A stretch of 64,000 bases of DNA from Marsupella aquatica (lineage: Eukaryota > Plantae > Marchantiophyta). The translations under genes and the position numbers were made by a program. Below the pieces are notes generated by a model that was not told the DNA's origin, did no database searches, and worked only from the letters and a program-made list of their open reading frames with translations. This document shows, piece by piece, positions 1 through 14,683 of this stretch (within the stretch, counting starts at the first letter, position 1; every line of letters begins with the position of its first letter). The stretch is taken from NCBI GenBank assembly GCA_973895155.1, contig OZ316892.1:19665869-19729868 (forward strand). Direction: 5' to 3'.

Positions 1-93
1 GGATAAGGGAAAGAGTAGATGCTTGCCATAAACACTTCTTCGTGTCATGGCAACTTTGTTCACCACCCCTACTCAACAAACAGTTAGCAGCAT

Positions 94-349
94 GAAGGGT
101 GGGGTTTTAAGGGCTGCCCAGGCATGGGATGGGCAGGGGCAACGAGGGAACCCAAAAAGGTTGGCCTGAAACTGAATTGTGACACAAAAATGAGGAGAAT
201 CTTCAAGTGGGGTGTTGGGCAGGAAGGGTGTGATTTTAAGGGCTGCCCAGGCATGGGATGGGCAAGGGCAAGGAGGGAACCCAAAAAGGCTGGCCTGAAA
301 CTGAATTGTGACACAAAAATGAGGAGGGTCTTCCGGTGGGGTGTGGGGG
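94..349. repeat. Two-copy tandem duplication, 129-bp period
   Basis: TTTTAAGGGCTGCCCAGGCATGGGATGGGCA...GAAACTGAATTGTGACACAAAAATGAGGAG occurs at 105 and 234. Confidence 0.9.
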
Positions 350-3300
350 AGAGGTGCATTTAATGACAAAACAGGGACTAGTGTCCGTGAATATCATGGG
401 AGGTGGGCAGTAATATGCCTCCAGCAGTCATTCCATTTGCTTGGCAAATCAATTAATCAGCTTTTGTAAAATAAAGTTCTATGGAAGAAGCAGGCAGGCA
501 TTTAGGCTGTCTCGGACGGACAATAAGGCATCAGGGGCACCCACGGAAGGGCACACATTGCATGCAAACCCCGCTGGTCTCCTCTTTATGCGCAAAAGAG
601 ATCTGAACATGAGGCTCAGCACCTTCTACATCCCCACCACCATCAGTTCTCACCGAGAGGTTCCATACCGCTAACGCTACACAGTCATCGGGGCAGCTCA
701 ATTACCACGTTACCAAGATATCCGGACATTACCCGCCGTACATGTTGCGCAGAAAGTGTAGGGCACACGGATCCACAGCTAGACCTCAGAGACTACTCCA
801 ACCAAAGGTCCATATGAAGCTTCTTTATATAGAGCTCAACTAAAAAACAATGACTATGAGCGAGAGAGACTCAGCAATGACTCACGAGAGACAGGCGAGA
901 GTACCTATTTTGCTATTGGCTACATAGGAGCTTCTGCAGGCTGGGGCCAGCATTAGCTTGCTGAACGATCTGATTGTATGAAAATGAACAATGCACTTCT
1001 TCTTCCCTGATGAGTGATGACTGTACTTTACTACAACAAGTGTTTTGGGCACGCGGCAGTCCCTGAAAATCAAGCCAATAGTCCTCAGGAATTAGGAAGG
1101 CCACCTGAGGACCAGCAACCTCGCAACGCGCCAAGCCTCATTCCATATGCTGCTCACTCGAAAACCAAGCCATTGATTGAACACAGCACTACTCGGTCTA
1201 CCATAATCGTGAAGCTAATCCCTGACTGTCTTTTTCATGAAATGCTCATGAATGTAATTTTCTTCTTAAAAGTGGGCCTGTCATCCCTTCCCCTACTGCT
1301 TGCATCTGTGGGGCATCCCTAGCTTCCTCAGCAGCTAGCAACCGTAGGTCGTCCCTAGCTTCCTCACGAGACTGAAATTGTGGGTCTTCCCTAAGTTTTA
1401 ATAGTAGTGTGACATTCTCGAAGGCGCTTTTGATGGCATTGAATCTCACCGTATGTGTACGTGAATTTCCATCTGTGGTTTTTCATTTCTTTTATCAAGA
1501 TCTACATAACGCTCATTTGGGTCACGTCGGTATGGACGGAAATGCTATGTTGTGAAAGCCGGTGGGCTATACCTATCACTGACTAGCCGATCGAGCTCCT
1601 CAGTGTATAGTCAGAGTTGAGAGTTGGCCTATGAGTAGTCCGAGCATTTTGTAGGCGAGTTATGTGGAGTAGTTGAAAGTAGCACGTTGTTCTTGGCATA
1701 GCAGCATTGATTGCAGGCAATGACAGTATTGTGGAACTTAGTTTGCATCCCAAGACATGTTCATTTGGACAGTACTGCCAAAAAGTTCCTCCAATTGAAC
1801 AACTTGACATTCACAATGTCCATGCTTGACGGAACTTTAATCGAAGCTTCTATTGTAGCTTATAGGCGCTTAAATCTCTTCACCTTGCAGTCTAAGCAAT
1901 ATATTGAGGGGCACTTTTATTCCTTCCTTGCATCTCTCAATCTCCACACACAGTAGATTTACGGTCTTTGGCTAAAGTTCACATGTAGTACAAAATGAGA
2001 GGATTCCACTTGGTCCCAAAGTTTACTCACCCAAGTTGGAGTGGAGTAGGTTCCTGGACTTTTGCTGCTTGTGTTTGTGTGTCATGTGCTCTCATTGTCT
2101 ATTTAGACCACCTCTCGAGGTACTCTGTAAATGTGTCACGTCCTCTCAGTCTATCTCTAGACTACCTCTGGAGGTGGTCTAAAAATATGATCCAGTGTAC
2201 ATCTTACCTTTGCAGCTGACTGTTGCTTTTCAATCACCACTGTCCATCAGGATCTGGAAAGACAAAGGAGTGAAATTTTTAATTTTCTTGAGAATTTTTA
2301 TGACTTAATTAGTAGTTTGGATCCACCAGGTTGCATTGGGGCCAGTGGGGCTGTAATAGCACCTGAGAGCTGACTCAATATAAATCCCACATTATTATGT
2401 TTGTGACTTCTTAGTGATTTGAAACACCAAAAAATTGTGCCTTGAACTATATTATCATAAACAAAGCTACTATTGCGCTAAGACACTTACAAGTTCATCA
2501 CTAGAAGGAATTATGAAATAGCCGAAATCAGTTGAGAAAAGGTCAAAAATTATAAGACCCCAGAAGGGCAGGGTTGGTTCTTAAAGGGGATATAGGTCCT
2601 GCCGCCAAAGGGCAGGCCTAGGATTTCCAAGCATCTGGTAGGCTTGAGGCTCATAATGATGAAATGAGCATCAAAGCAAGACTAAACTGATAGGTAGTTG
2701 CACAAACAAAGATGAAATGGTAGATAGAATATGCAAGTTCCCTTACTATAGGAACCAATTCGGTAATTGCATAATTGTGAAATGGTTTTGTGAACTCCAA
2801 GCCATACGATTAATATTATTTTTTGTGATCCTTACCAACGGGCTTAGCAAGGTGAAATCATTGATTTTGATCTTGGCCTGATGGATATATTTCAAGCCCA
2901 AGACTTGAAAAGAGAAGCCCTACAAGCTGTACTAAGGATAAACCTCGTAGGTCTAAACCCAGGGTCTAAAGTTACGGCCATAGGGAGCTCCGTAGTTAGG
3001 GTTAACCCTACTGGCACACTTGGTTACTAGGTTAGCCATGTTGCGTCCTATATGCGGTTGAACTATATACACAAGCAGTATTAGCTTATGGAGAAGGAAC
3101 TCAGGTTCATTGTTACAAAGCCACTTGAGAAATAGGGAAAGTTTGTGTCATGAATACTTAGTTAGTTTGGTATAGCCAACAGGCATAGAGTGTAGTAAAG
3201 CTCAAGTTATGTGTTCCCGTCGGCGTAGCCTCATTGGAGAGGAACCACATATAATTGCTTGTTCTCAACTAATTGTTTGTTGAATTTCACATGTGCATAC

Positions 3301-4273
3301 CATTGTGAGTTGCATCTATGCTCATTACAACCACACAGCCACAATGACAATCTAATTGAAATGACAATTGACTTCCACAAATGCATGGTTGCAATGACAA
3401 TGAACACAATCACATGATAACTGTGCAATGCACGGGCTTTGAGCTCAAAAGGTAGTGACAATTTCTTTCTTCAATGACTCCTTGCCTTGAAGACACACCC
3501 TTCCATCAAACACACAGAAAATGTCAACAACTTCCTTGCCTCTACAACACTTCTTTGTCTCACCTCAACATTTCCTGTGGAATGCATGCCTGGGCCATTG
3601 CACTTTGTAGTTATATATATTAGTGGAGTGCCTGGTGTAAATGGACAATTGAACATGTGTTTTTTTAGACTGAGGTACTATTGCTTGTCTAAGGAGTATT
3701 ACTACTTTTCCTTCTTGCTTTGTAATTGGTGGAGAATCCTGAGTGTTACTTTAATCCAAAACTTCACTTTGTAAGTTGCATTGTCTTGGATTGTAAGATG
3801 CGCAAGGAAACCGACTGGTTGGCTAAGAAGGTTGAGAATCTCTTTTGTTGCAGAAGTCACTATTTCTTGTGCAAAGAATTCAATAGACTTTTACCAGCTT
3901 TCAAGGAAGGAAGAATGGTAGAGTCAGGAATTCTAGACAGAAAGGAACCCAGATGATTTCCATCCATGAAAGCGGGCATGAAAGGTCTAGCAACAATTGA
4001 GCTTTAGTACTCACAGGTCTGTGAGTGGCCAGTTTATGGTTTTGGATGAGTGTGTTGCATCATTGGAACACAAAGGGACTGTAATGGCAGGTTTCTGTCC
4101 CCTTCTCTCTAAAAGAAAAAAGTGGCCATGATGTGAAAGGCCCGACCAGCCTCCCCACCCGACTACCTTTTCACACTCACCACAAGCAATAAACCTTGGC
4201 TTGAACGTTGAGTGCACTCACTAGAGCAAGGGCAAAAAAATTTGATTGAAAGTGAGACTAAGGGCTAATCACA

Positions 4274-4736
4274 TCTTACTTATGAAGCATCCACTGCAAG
4301 CTAGAGTTGGGGACTAGGCTACTATACTGAAGTCTCTAGACCATAATTCCATGGCTCATCACGTGGATGGGAAAACTCATGACTATGATGTATGTCAAAG
4401 ATAATCATGAATTATTTTTGTCATGATTTTCATTTATATTAAAAAATGAGCTCTATGTCCCCACCATAACATATGTGCATAGAAAGAGGAATGAATGCAT
4501 TTTGTCATGATTTCTATTTATATTTAAAATGAGCTTTATGGCCCCATGATAACATATGTGCATAGAAAGTAAAAAGTATGGTACATGTCATGTATAATTA
4601 TTAAAATGATGACTTGTATGATAGTTTTTTTAATGGTTTCATTAACCTTCAAAAAATGTGAATAAGGAATATATTTTGGAGACATTTAATTGTCCTCCCC
4701 GTTATTCATGTTCAAAGAATGGGTAGTCAAGGCTAG
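4274..4736 (+). mobile_element. Non-autonomous Helitron-like element, copy 1
   Basis: A|TCTTACTTA 5' end, subterminal hairpin CCCGTTATTC...GAATGGG and CTAG|T 3' end. Similar to 14684-15032 at both ends and internally. Confidence 0.6.
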
Positions 4737-4950
4737 TGATCCTAAATCCACTCATGGCAAAGCGGAGTGAAAGTCAGAAGGACCCTAGCTCATGTGACAT
4801 AGCTAGAGCTCAGTAGAGAAAACATTGTCATTGACGTACTACAACCAAATGTCGCAGTTGTTTCAATTCCTTTACCTAACACATTCTTCTAAAATTTCTT
4901 TGAAAACTGTGTTCAATTAAGTATATCTGATTTCACTTTCTACCAAGACC

Positions 4951-5376
4951 TACCATCTTCCCCCAAACACAATGCCATGGCCTTGTATTCAAATAGTGGG
5001 CGATGGGGTGCTCTATTCAACTAGTGCGCCCGGGGCGTTGTATCAAGTTTTGACTATGTATTTTCATTTATTGTATTTGCAGGGCGCTGTGTTTGAAAAT
5101 GGGCGTTGTGTTCGAATATTGACGTTGTGTTTGACTGTTGGGATCGGCATATGATTCTTGAATCTTTTACTATTTGTGCTCAATATAGAACAGTTTAGGG
5201 TCAAATCTTGAACACAATGTCCAACTCAAACACAACGCCAATATTTGAACACAACACCCGGGCGTTGTGTTAAAATGACGTTGTGTTAAAAGAAAAAATA
5301 CTTTTTCTTATGAAGACCTAAAAAAAATTCATTTTTGAACACAACGCCCGGGCGCTGTGTTTGGGGGAAGACGGTA
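4951..5376. mobile_element. MITE, Tc1/mariner-pogo-like (coordinates include the TA flanks)
   Basis: TACCATCTTCCCCCAAACACA at the left end and TGTGTTTGGGGGAAGACGGTA at the right end are inverted repeats. Internal GGGCGTTGTGTT motifs occur in both orientations. Confidence 0.75.
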
Positions 5377-6069
5377 GGAGTCCTCCTATTCTCAAAACCT
5401 ATGCTTAATGAGTTGTGATTCATTATAATTGTGTTGCGATAAACTTGTATGTGGCTAGGCAATACACAGGCTCAGTAAAATATCTTCTTGCTGACTCTCG
5501 ATCATATGATGGGTTTGTACATAGGGACCCAGTACTCCAACTGTCCTCCCCCGCGCACAGAGGGATGGACAGACAACACTAGTTTCTGTCTGTAATAACC
5601 CTGACTTTGCTCAGAAAATCTTTATTAGTGTGAGACCTAGAGAAACGCATTTGATGATGGTTTTAATTTGATTTGTTTAAAAAGCATAGCAACTTGCACA
5701 AATCCAAAAATGAATACAAAGACGCAGAGACTTCTTGAGGGATCACTCCATATATGTATTCCCCTACTGACACTTATTATGTCTTCCAAGATAGGGCCTC
5801 AACCAATAATATAATGACAGGTGACATTTTGGGAACCCTAAGTCTCATATGCTTGAATAAGTTTTCTTCAAAAGACCCTATCCTTGTTTGCATGCTATAG
5901 ACGTCCATGTGTGAATGAAACAGTAATGGCTTGGACTGTGTGAGTGATGACCCCCCCCCCCCCTTCCCAAACTCAGTGATAACAGTAATGTGGTTGGGTG
6001 AAAAACCAATTCTTAACCAAATTGAAAAGTTTTTTCATAATCATCAGAAAAGAAGGAAACAAGAAGGGT

Positions 6070-6395
6070 GGACCCTAACCCTAAATCTATGGATCCAGAA
6101 TGAGTTCTGTAAGACTCAAACTGTTGCAAAGACCAGTCGGCAACAAAATGTAGTCTCCTTGCCCAAAAGAAAATCCTTCTCAAAAACTCTCATGGGGACG
6201 TTCACCTTCTCGGGACTAGGAGAGGGTGGCTGGCCGGACCCTAACCTAAATCTATGGGATTCAGAATGAGTTCTCCAACACTCAAACTGTTGCAAAGACC
6301 CGTGGGCAACACAATGTAGTCGCCTTGCCTAAAAGAAAATCCTTCTCACAAAATTTCATGGGGAGGTTCACCTTCTCTGGACTAGGAGATGGTGG
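6070..6395. repeat. Two-copy tandem duplication, ~166-bp period
   Basis: GGACCCTAACC..AAATCTATGG...CTCAAACTGTTGCAAAGACC...GTTCACCTTCTC.GGACTAGGAG repeated at 6070 and 6236. Confidence 0.85.
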
Positions 6396-8773
6396 CGTTG
6401 TGCTCCAAACGTAGGAAAACAAAATTTGTGTTCCAGGACTTCAAATTCTTCCGACCACAAAGTCTAATGACACACACGTTGTTTCTCCTTAATTAAGCAC
6501 GTTTGATTGACCAGTAACACCCACACAAGAAACCAGTTGCCCCCAAAACAGAAACTTACTGCTGGTGAGTCAACGAGCTCCAAGAAAGATTCGGACTCAC
6601 CTTTTCTTCCTTGGAAAAGGAAACGAGCTAACCTTTTTTTCAAACGAATAGGGACACCAACTTAGAGTAGACCCACTCCAAGTGCATCTGTTGGGAAGAT
6701 GCCCCATCCAGCCATGCCCCATTCACCAATTATTTATGGTATGCAGAGGTTAGATATATTCACATGATATCATTAATGCATATTTCCTTACGTGCACTGT
6801 CTTTGCCACCCAATAAGTGCAGGAGAAATAGAAATAGCTTATGCACTTCCCATATTTTTTGTCAGGTCATACACGTCAGACTCCTCGTACCCAAGCCATA
6901 GTGTAACACTTTTAAATGGGATGAGTGCATGAAAATACTGACTACTCTACTTATCAATACATGCTTCTTATGCATGCATTGCAGTCACTGGTAAGTGCAC
7001 TCTACTTAGCAGATCTGCATTTTTGGAGTGTGGCAAAGGAAAAAGGTATATTTGACCTGATCATCGTGCACTTGTGGCCCTGTTTGTGGGGCTTAATGTA
7101 AGATATAGGAAGGTTGAAAGGGGTTGCCTGAAACCTGAGGGCATGGGGAGTAAATTGAGTGATGAAGACCATGCCTTGGTACAATGCTACCAAGGAGACA
7201 AGTAGTTCCGTATATGTTTATGGTCTTGATATGCTCTTTAATGGAGCATGTGGGTCGACCCTATGCCGACCTTAATGGAGCATATGGGGCGACTCTATGA
7301 TAACCCGTAAGAGGGAGGCCTACGGGAGCCCCATTGCTTCATTGAGCAATGAAGGACCCTAAATATATGTTAAGTGATCATACCTTAGATGAACCGTTAG
7401 GATTCGTCAATCATGCTACTTCTGACACGCTACTTTCGACACCCGTGGCTACGCACTGTGCTCAACTTCGACCTTACAAATACACCAAAACATATTTTTT
7501 AAAATAATGAGATATAAATCTGCCTACATGGCAAGCACTGATAAAGGAAGAGCAATAAAAAACATGGAACGACCCTTAACGATTTCCCAAGGGCCCCCAA
7601 TCCCATCCATGTGGCAGATTACACATAATTAATGGCCGCCACGAAAATTTTGTCCTCCTCCTTATCAGACGACCAGGCGCTCAGTTCGGTGTGAGCTGAC
7701 GCATGCTGCATGCCTTTTCGTTCCAATTTGACTTTCCTTTCTTTGCGTCCATCACGATTCACGTTGGGATATGGGGCTACAGTGAGTGAAGAGTGTTGTA
7801 TATGTGTCTCAATTTCTGAGGCTGAAGGGTAGAGGTGGGGGGGGCCAGGTAGGGCCCTGAGGGAGTGGTCACTGGGTGGGCCAAGGGTGCTGGGCCCAGG
7901 GCAGGAACTCAGGAAGGGCCTCCTCAGTCCTCATCCTGGTCGGCCTGGTGGGAAGATGGGCGAGCAGAGGATGAAAAGTCCACGTCGATTTGGCCCCTTT
8001 ACATGAAAGCACACCACTGAAAATCTACACCTAGGTCAATAATAATAATGTGCCCCCCTTGGTCACACCAACAGTTAAGACTGTGTCAGTAGGCAGACTC
8101 ATAGCAAGGATTAATTACACTCCACCCCAAAACGTCGGTGCTCCTACCTCTCTCTATCTGAGAGTGGCTTTATCTGAGGCTTTGGCGGCTCTAAAGCATT
8201 CGAGGGCTTCTCAAAGTTATAAAATTAAGTATGATAACACTGGACCATACAGGAATGGTCAAGTTTTTTTTAGTTTTTTTGTTTTCACTAGACTGTACAG
8301 TGACTAATGGTAATGGCATGCCACCAAACCTATTCTAATGGGGGACTTTGTTATATCAGCCCTAGTACTGTTGTGTATGCACAAAATAGGCTCTCCATAC
8401 CCAGACTCCCATGCCCATCTGTACATGGTCCAAAATATCAAAGTTTGTAGTAACTCAAGAAACTAAAGCCTATGGCTTCGCTGTACGAAGTAGGTCACTG
8501 GGAGACTTAGGTTTTGAAGTTTAGTATAGGATCCCAGATAATGAGGTTTGTCCTAATTACTTTGTGGCACAGGATGCAAAGGTGATTACTTGGTGTTGGA
8601 AACAAGGGCACGGATGGGACAGCCCCCATTCTGCATGGCATAATACCCTAAACCCATGTTCTAAACATACTCTGTCAATGTAGTAATGAAAACTAAAACA
8701 TGAAATTGGGTGAATGCCTGCCAATTAGTGTTACATGACACTATTTTCGGAGTACCATAATAGTGCTAGCTTA

Positions 8774-9309
8774 GGGTGGCTTTACAAGACGTCGGGGGCA
8801 GTTCCTTCACTTTTCTGACATCCAAGATCCAATCCGGGCCATCCATTGGGGAGATAGTGCTGGAGTTCACTTTAGAAAACGTGGGGGCAGTTTTGCTCAT
8901 TGATTCTGCCGATCCTACATGGACTTCAGTGGGGCCCAACTTTTGCCGACGTGGAGCTCTTTTTTGTCCAGAATTTTAGACCACTTCCGTTGGAGGTCCC
9001 TTCATCCGGCCGCTTGGTCCATTCCTATTATGGGCAGTTTTCAATAAATGCAGACCCACAGGAACCAGCATTAGCCAAAGATTAGCCAGCATTAGCCAAA
9101 GATTCAGGTGGAGTGGGTCCCAAGTTTGTCTTCTAGTCAATGATTCTAGCTGCACTGGCCAGAGTTCCCTTTACAAGACGTCGGGGGCAATAAAAGTCTT
9201 CTAAATTCTCTATTAGCCCCGGTATACTGTTTTTAGCATGTGAAACTGCTGCTGGCTCAGCTTTGGTAGAAAAGGAAGCGAACGGCCCCGACGTCTTGTA
9301 AAGTGCCCC
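8774..9309. mobile_element. PIF/Harbinger (Tourist-like) MITE
   Basis: TIRs GGGTGGCTTTACAAGACGTCGGGG and CCCCGACGTCTTGTAAAGTGCCCC. TTA duplication at 8771-8773 and 9310-9312. A third, internal TIR copy lies at ~9169. Confidence 0.8.
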
Positions 9310-12300
9310 TTAGATTTAGTGTGATTAAGACTAATTCATGTGAGAGCACCAGACATATCACATGAATTAGTGAGCAAGAGTTAATCGAGTGACTAGTGAA
9401 ACTGTGAAAGTATCGGTAATCACTAAAGTACGTGACCACTCCAACATAGTAGTCCAAAAGACTAAATAATGATGAAAGTATGCACCCCTCAACGAGACGG
9501 GATGAGGATTCCATGTTCAACTGTCTACTACCGTCCAAAACTTACCACCCCTCCACTTTGAGTTGACCTGGAAAGAGCAGGGTATTCAATGAATTAGTAG
9601 GGGAGGGGGGCCACAAGAAGATGGTGGCAAGCATGGTTGCAACTATGGGCCTTTTCACTTGTCCAGGTGCCCTCAACACGATGGTAGGCCAAAATGGAGC
9701 AATTGAGCACATGCTCTCAAATGTGGCGGGGACTACAAATAATATTCCACAAGACAGTATCTTGAAGAGGTAGGTTCATATAATAAGCCTCTCGTATTAT
9801 TTGACCTTTTGGTGGGTACCCAGGGGCACCCTTCTTTTGAGAAGAAATTTTTGCCAAATCCTTACCTGAAATTTATGCTGGCTACTACTACACAGGAATT
9901 AACGCATGATTTTGAGGGTGATTTGGAGAGTAGGTTTTTCAAACACTTACCTCACTGAGGGGTGCTAATTGAATCTCAAAAAAATCAAATGGCTCATATA
10001 GAAGTTTCAGAATGTTTATGACAGAAACCACCATAGTGCGAGCCCACTTAATAAATAATAGTTGAAAACAATTTTGGCACTAATAATGTTCCAATTGACA
10101 ATACTGTTGCTGTTTTCATTATATTTACAAATATGTTCATACTTACTGGTCACCTAGAAATAAGCTTTGTACTAGTGTGATATTATTCTATGCCATGGAG
10201 TTGAAAGAGTTCTCTTTTATGAGAACAATGTAATTGACGAAGATAAGAGACAGCATTCTTTGTGAGCGGCGGACAAACTAAGAGGAACCACTCAAAAGGA
10301 AACCGAATCACATTGAGATACAAATAAATGCAAAAGGCATCATCACTTGGAGAATCCAGATCGATCAGTACTTATTTAGGAAATTCAGAAGCAAACAACA
10401 TCATGTTTTGGGGTCCCAGCAGAGCAACAGTTCAACCGGGGGAAGTGTTGTTGGGGATTTGCAATCATGTCGCAGAACATTTTGGGACAGATACTGCAAC
10501 TTGTCAATCATGGTTGTAACTGCACATGAATGTTTACCATTTTTCTGGTAGTGGAGAATGCAAGATTGGGGTTTCCAAGGCAGGAGAGAGTTACATCACA
10601 AGACATCCTGCAGAGTCTTATGTCCTAGGGTGTTCCTGTTGTGGGGCAACTTGATGAGGTCTGTAAGCTATCAGCGGTAAGAAGTAAATCAGCCATAGCA
10701 TGAAACTGTTTTGTAATGGGCTACTAAGGCCCCTTTTAGAACTACCATCCCCTTTCTTGTACAACCAGAATGTCAAAAAGTTAAATACATTTTTTTCTGG
10801 CACTTAACGTAGATACTTTCTTACAGCTGGGCCTTGACATGTCCTATTGCAGTCTGCGATTATATTAATTGATGAGTTTGGAGACGTGTTTAGGGTGGCC
10901 ATGTTATTCTGAGCCCTTTTCTTAATATATGTTTTCTCCTGATTCAGATGCTCAAATGGACCACAACATTGGAGGCAATGATTCCTATGGGCCATTCACT
11001 TTTCGACATCTTACAACTGGACTTTCATCCAGACGGAAGGTGTTATCTGAATTAAACATTAGATATTTGAACAATCCATGCAAGTTCTGACAATTTATTA
11101 AGCAATCTAAACTCGACACTTTTTAGATCATTTCTTTCATTATAATCTTTTGGAGGCTACTCAGTAGTATCGCGGCCCAATTGGAGCATCCTTTTGTTAC
11201 ACCAGAAAAAGAGTTTTGCAACTTTAAAATGCTTAGAATCAAAATGGACCACTTTCCAGAAAAGGGCCAAACAAAGTACAACTGAGTAAATTTAAGCAAA
11301 GAGGTCTAGAAAGACAAATACAAAACCTAGAACGAGGAAAGAACCAAGATCTACAATTGCGATGCTAGACTGATCAGAGACAGCTAATGGTCCACATCTA
11401 GTGTCATAAATATTTATGCAAGTGGGAGATGGAAGAAGCATGTCCTCGAAGAACACCTCGAGTGAGCCCGTTTGGCAATCAGCGTCCGTTGCTGCTTTTG
11501 AGCAGAATAGCGCCTGCCAATTATTTCCTCCATAATTTCAACCCCAAAAACATCCACAAACCAAATGTTGGCCACACAAAACCATGGATCTTCAATCAAT
11601 GGATTTGGAACCTGATTCTTTTCTGACATCATTGAGACTCGGTTGAGGAAGGAATTGTAGTGACTAGGTAGATAGAAGTGCTACCAGCTCAAATAGATTC
11701 ATTGACATTACTTTAACAAGTTTTTGTCAAACTATATTTGTCTGCTATGCATTTTGAGAAACATGCAATAAAATACTCGAGGATCAACCTTGATACATTT
11801 AATCTTTAATGCCACTTGGATAGAAATCTAGAGCACAATCAGGTTTGAAATGAATGTGAAATTGAGCCTGATAAAGTGCAAAATGTTACTTGAGACAAAA
11901 TTGATCTTTGAGTGCCACTTGGATAGAAATGTAGAGCACATCAGGAGCATTGACATGACTGCAACATTGAGGCCGATAAAGTACCCAGTGATGAGGCAAT
12001 GCAAAGTTATCTTTGAGCATCAGAACAGAAGAGCGAATCCTTGAGCAAATCAAGAGTTTGAAATGAATGTACCATCAAGCCTGATAAAGTGCACAATGTG
12101 AAATTTTAATGCATTGCGTGGGACTCAACAACACAAAGTGCAAGTTTGGTTCAAACCTTCTTTGGCCAGGCTCAAACATGTGGTCAGAGTACAGGGGTTG
12201 GATTTGCAGGAACCAATGGGGAAATCAAACAATAGGGGCGGCTATATTTTACAATTGCCAACCTGCCGGCCTTGCCAACATGTGGGATAGAGGATCCAGG

Positions 12301-13640
12301 CCAGCTGCTGGAGATGCTCTAAGGGGCAAGCCTCTACTGATGTACCCTATAAAACAACTTAATTAGGTCTTTGGTACTATCTATAGTTGCACTTGATGCA
12401 CACTACTGCCTTCCTCAAACACAGCAACATTTGTTTGAACATTGTGAAATTTGGGTCCCATGAGCAAAAAGTCATTTGAACTCCAACACTGTGTCTTTTC
12501 AACACTGCCTGGGTGCTGTAATTGAGCTGGACATTGTGATCCAATGTATTTCACTTGAACTGACATATGAATTGTACCAAGCTGCTATATGGTGAATTCA
12601 CCTTTCAAATTTTGTCTTATTGAAATTTTGTGTTCAGTATTCTAATTTTAATTTTTAATGTACCTTAACTAGGTGAATCATTAGTATTAATTTGATTTTG
12701 AATTAACTTTTTTACCCCTTTTAATTTAATGAACTTGGAGTATTTTGAATATATTTGGCTCCTCTCAGAAATGTTTAATCTTTCCTTTTCAATCACTCCT
12801 TAGTGAATTATCTTTTTTTCTCATGAGAGTGAGAGAAATGAGTTTGAACAATGTGCACATTTGATGTACTAAGTTCCCCTTGTGATTTCTTTCACAAAAT
12901 GTATGGTTTTAATTGAGCTGATTGTCATTACCTAGAAGCAAGTGAAAATTTGTATCTTATGTGCACAACTCTTTAGTACTTTTGTATTATCTTAGTCATA
13001 ATGTGCTTTTTTTTGCATGTGTACTCACTCTTAATTAACATATATTTATTTTTTGGCATATACTTTACATGTACCTACTTCTTTTATCATAAAATAAATA
13101 AAATGAATTATATTTCACTACAAAACAAAAAAAAGAGGCATGTTCCATGATGAACATGTTATATGACAGAATGTACTCTTCAAAGTTCCTCGGGCCTCTG
13201 TAATTCCTTTGGGCACAAGAAACTATCCGTCTCACAGCTTTTGCTGGGAAGTATGCTGAACAGAAAAGTACTTGTAATGGTAATGTCTGAACACAGCCTG
13301 AATGTCAAGCTAGCAAAGGTTAATGTACTGTTTGCTTAGAATCCTTGTTGGGTGACAATATTCTGGGGCATATGTTCTTTGTGTCACTATGAGAGTTATG
13401 AAATCTGTACCAGGACTTGGAATGAGAATCAAATTCTTTTACTCTCATAGCCACATAAGGTAATTAAAACTCTCATAGGTACACAATGTGAATTACAGAT
13501 CAAAACCTGCATCCATGTAAAATACAATACAACTTAGTTAGAAACCACTATAAGTCTATACTGGTGAGATGACTATATAGTCTTATAGTCTTATGTATTG
13601 TATAGTCTTATGTTATACAATACAACTTAGTTAGAAACCA

Positions 13641-14678
13641 GGATTGGCCTGAGGCTGGCTTCAGGCCAATCCAGTCATTCCTCACCTACGGATGTCTTCA
13701 ACGGAGTTTGCGACAACCATGCGTCTTCGTATGGGCTTGCCCCATCCACTTCTTGTTGGTTTACCTCCTACTTGCACTTTGTGGGAAGCCTTGTGATGCC
13801 ACAGGTGTCCATCTTCTTCGATGCAGTTTGGGCGGCGAAACCATTTTTGTTCACGACGCTGTGAGAGATGCGACTGCTCAGGTTCTCTCTGGCTCTTTGG
13901 TCTGCGCGCGGCGGGAGGTGGTGCTCGAGTTACCTGGTCCTCCATCACAGCGGTTAAGGGTGGATCTTACCATGGTCCGTGACGGTCACCGTACTTTGGC
14001 AGATGTAGTGGTGGCAAACCCATTGCGCCAAGACATCATTGGGACAGTGGCAACAACGGCAGGGGCAGCAGCATCACGAGCAGCAACAATGAAGGAGGCC
14101 AAATATGTTGCACGAGCTTCATCTGATAGCTTCCTGCCCCTTGCTCTTGAGATATTTGGGCGTCTCCATCATCAGTTCGACGGGCTTCTTCGCCAAGCTG
14201 CTCGGGATGTTCACGGCTGGATGGGTCCCACCGGGCCCCCGCTATCTGTTTTGACCACGCACTTTCGCCAACGCATTTCAGTCACCTTACAGCGTGCTCA
14301 AGCTCGGGCCGTCTATTGTCGATCTCTGACAGTGGGTGCTAGTGTGACTCCGCAGCGGCTAGCCCCCCTAGAGGACATTCCTGTCCCACTTGCCGATCTA
14401 GTTTCGACACTTGATGTAGACCACTAGCTTGTTGCCACATTTGCTAGGTATGATGAGGACCTCGGTCCATTTACGGTAGTTTTAGTTCCTCTTTCTTGGT
14501 TTTTAGGGGTTTCCTTTTGCTCACTTCTTTTAGTTCCTCTTTCGTGGTTATTAGTGTTTCCTTTTGCTCACTTCTTTTGCGTTTGGTTTTGTCCACTTGG
14601 GACCTCTCTTGTTTATTCTTTTGTACTCTATTTGGCCTTTTTCTGTAAAAAGTATGTGTATATTAATAAAAAAAAAAA
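13641..14678 (+). mobile_element. 5'-truncated non-LTR retrotransposon with restriction-like endonuclease (CRE/R2-type)
   Basis: ORF 13708-14427 has a Zn-knuckle remnant (CGKPCDATGVHLLRC), RVD...LADVVVANP, AATMKEAKY and FLPLALEIFGRLH, which are RLE motifs. A T-rich 3' UTR follows, then AATAAA running into poly(A) at 14665-14678. Frameshift near 13775. Confidence 0.85.
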
Positions 14679-14683
14679 CTATA

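Noticed and set aside
900-4220. Possible LINE ORF1 or other TE coding remnants on the minus strand
   Set aside because: Only fragmentary, stop-ridden hints with no diagnostic motif I can verify.
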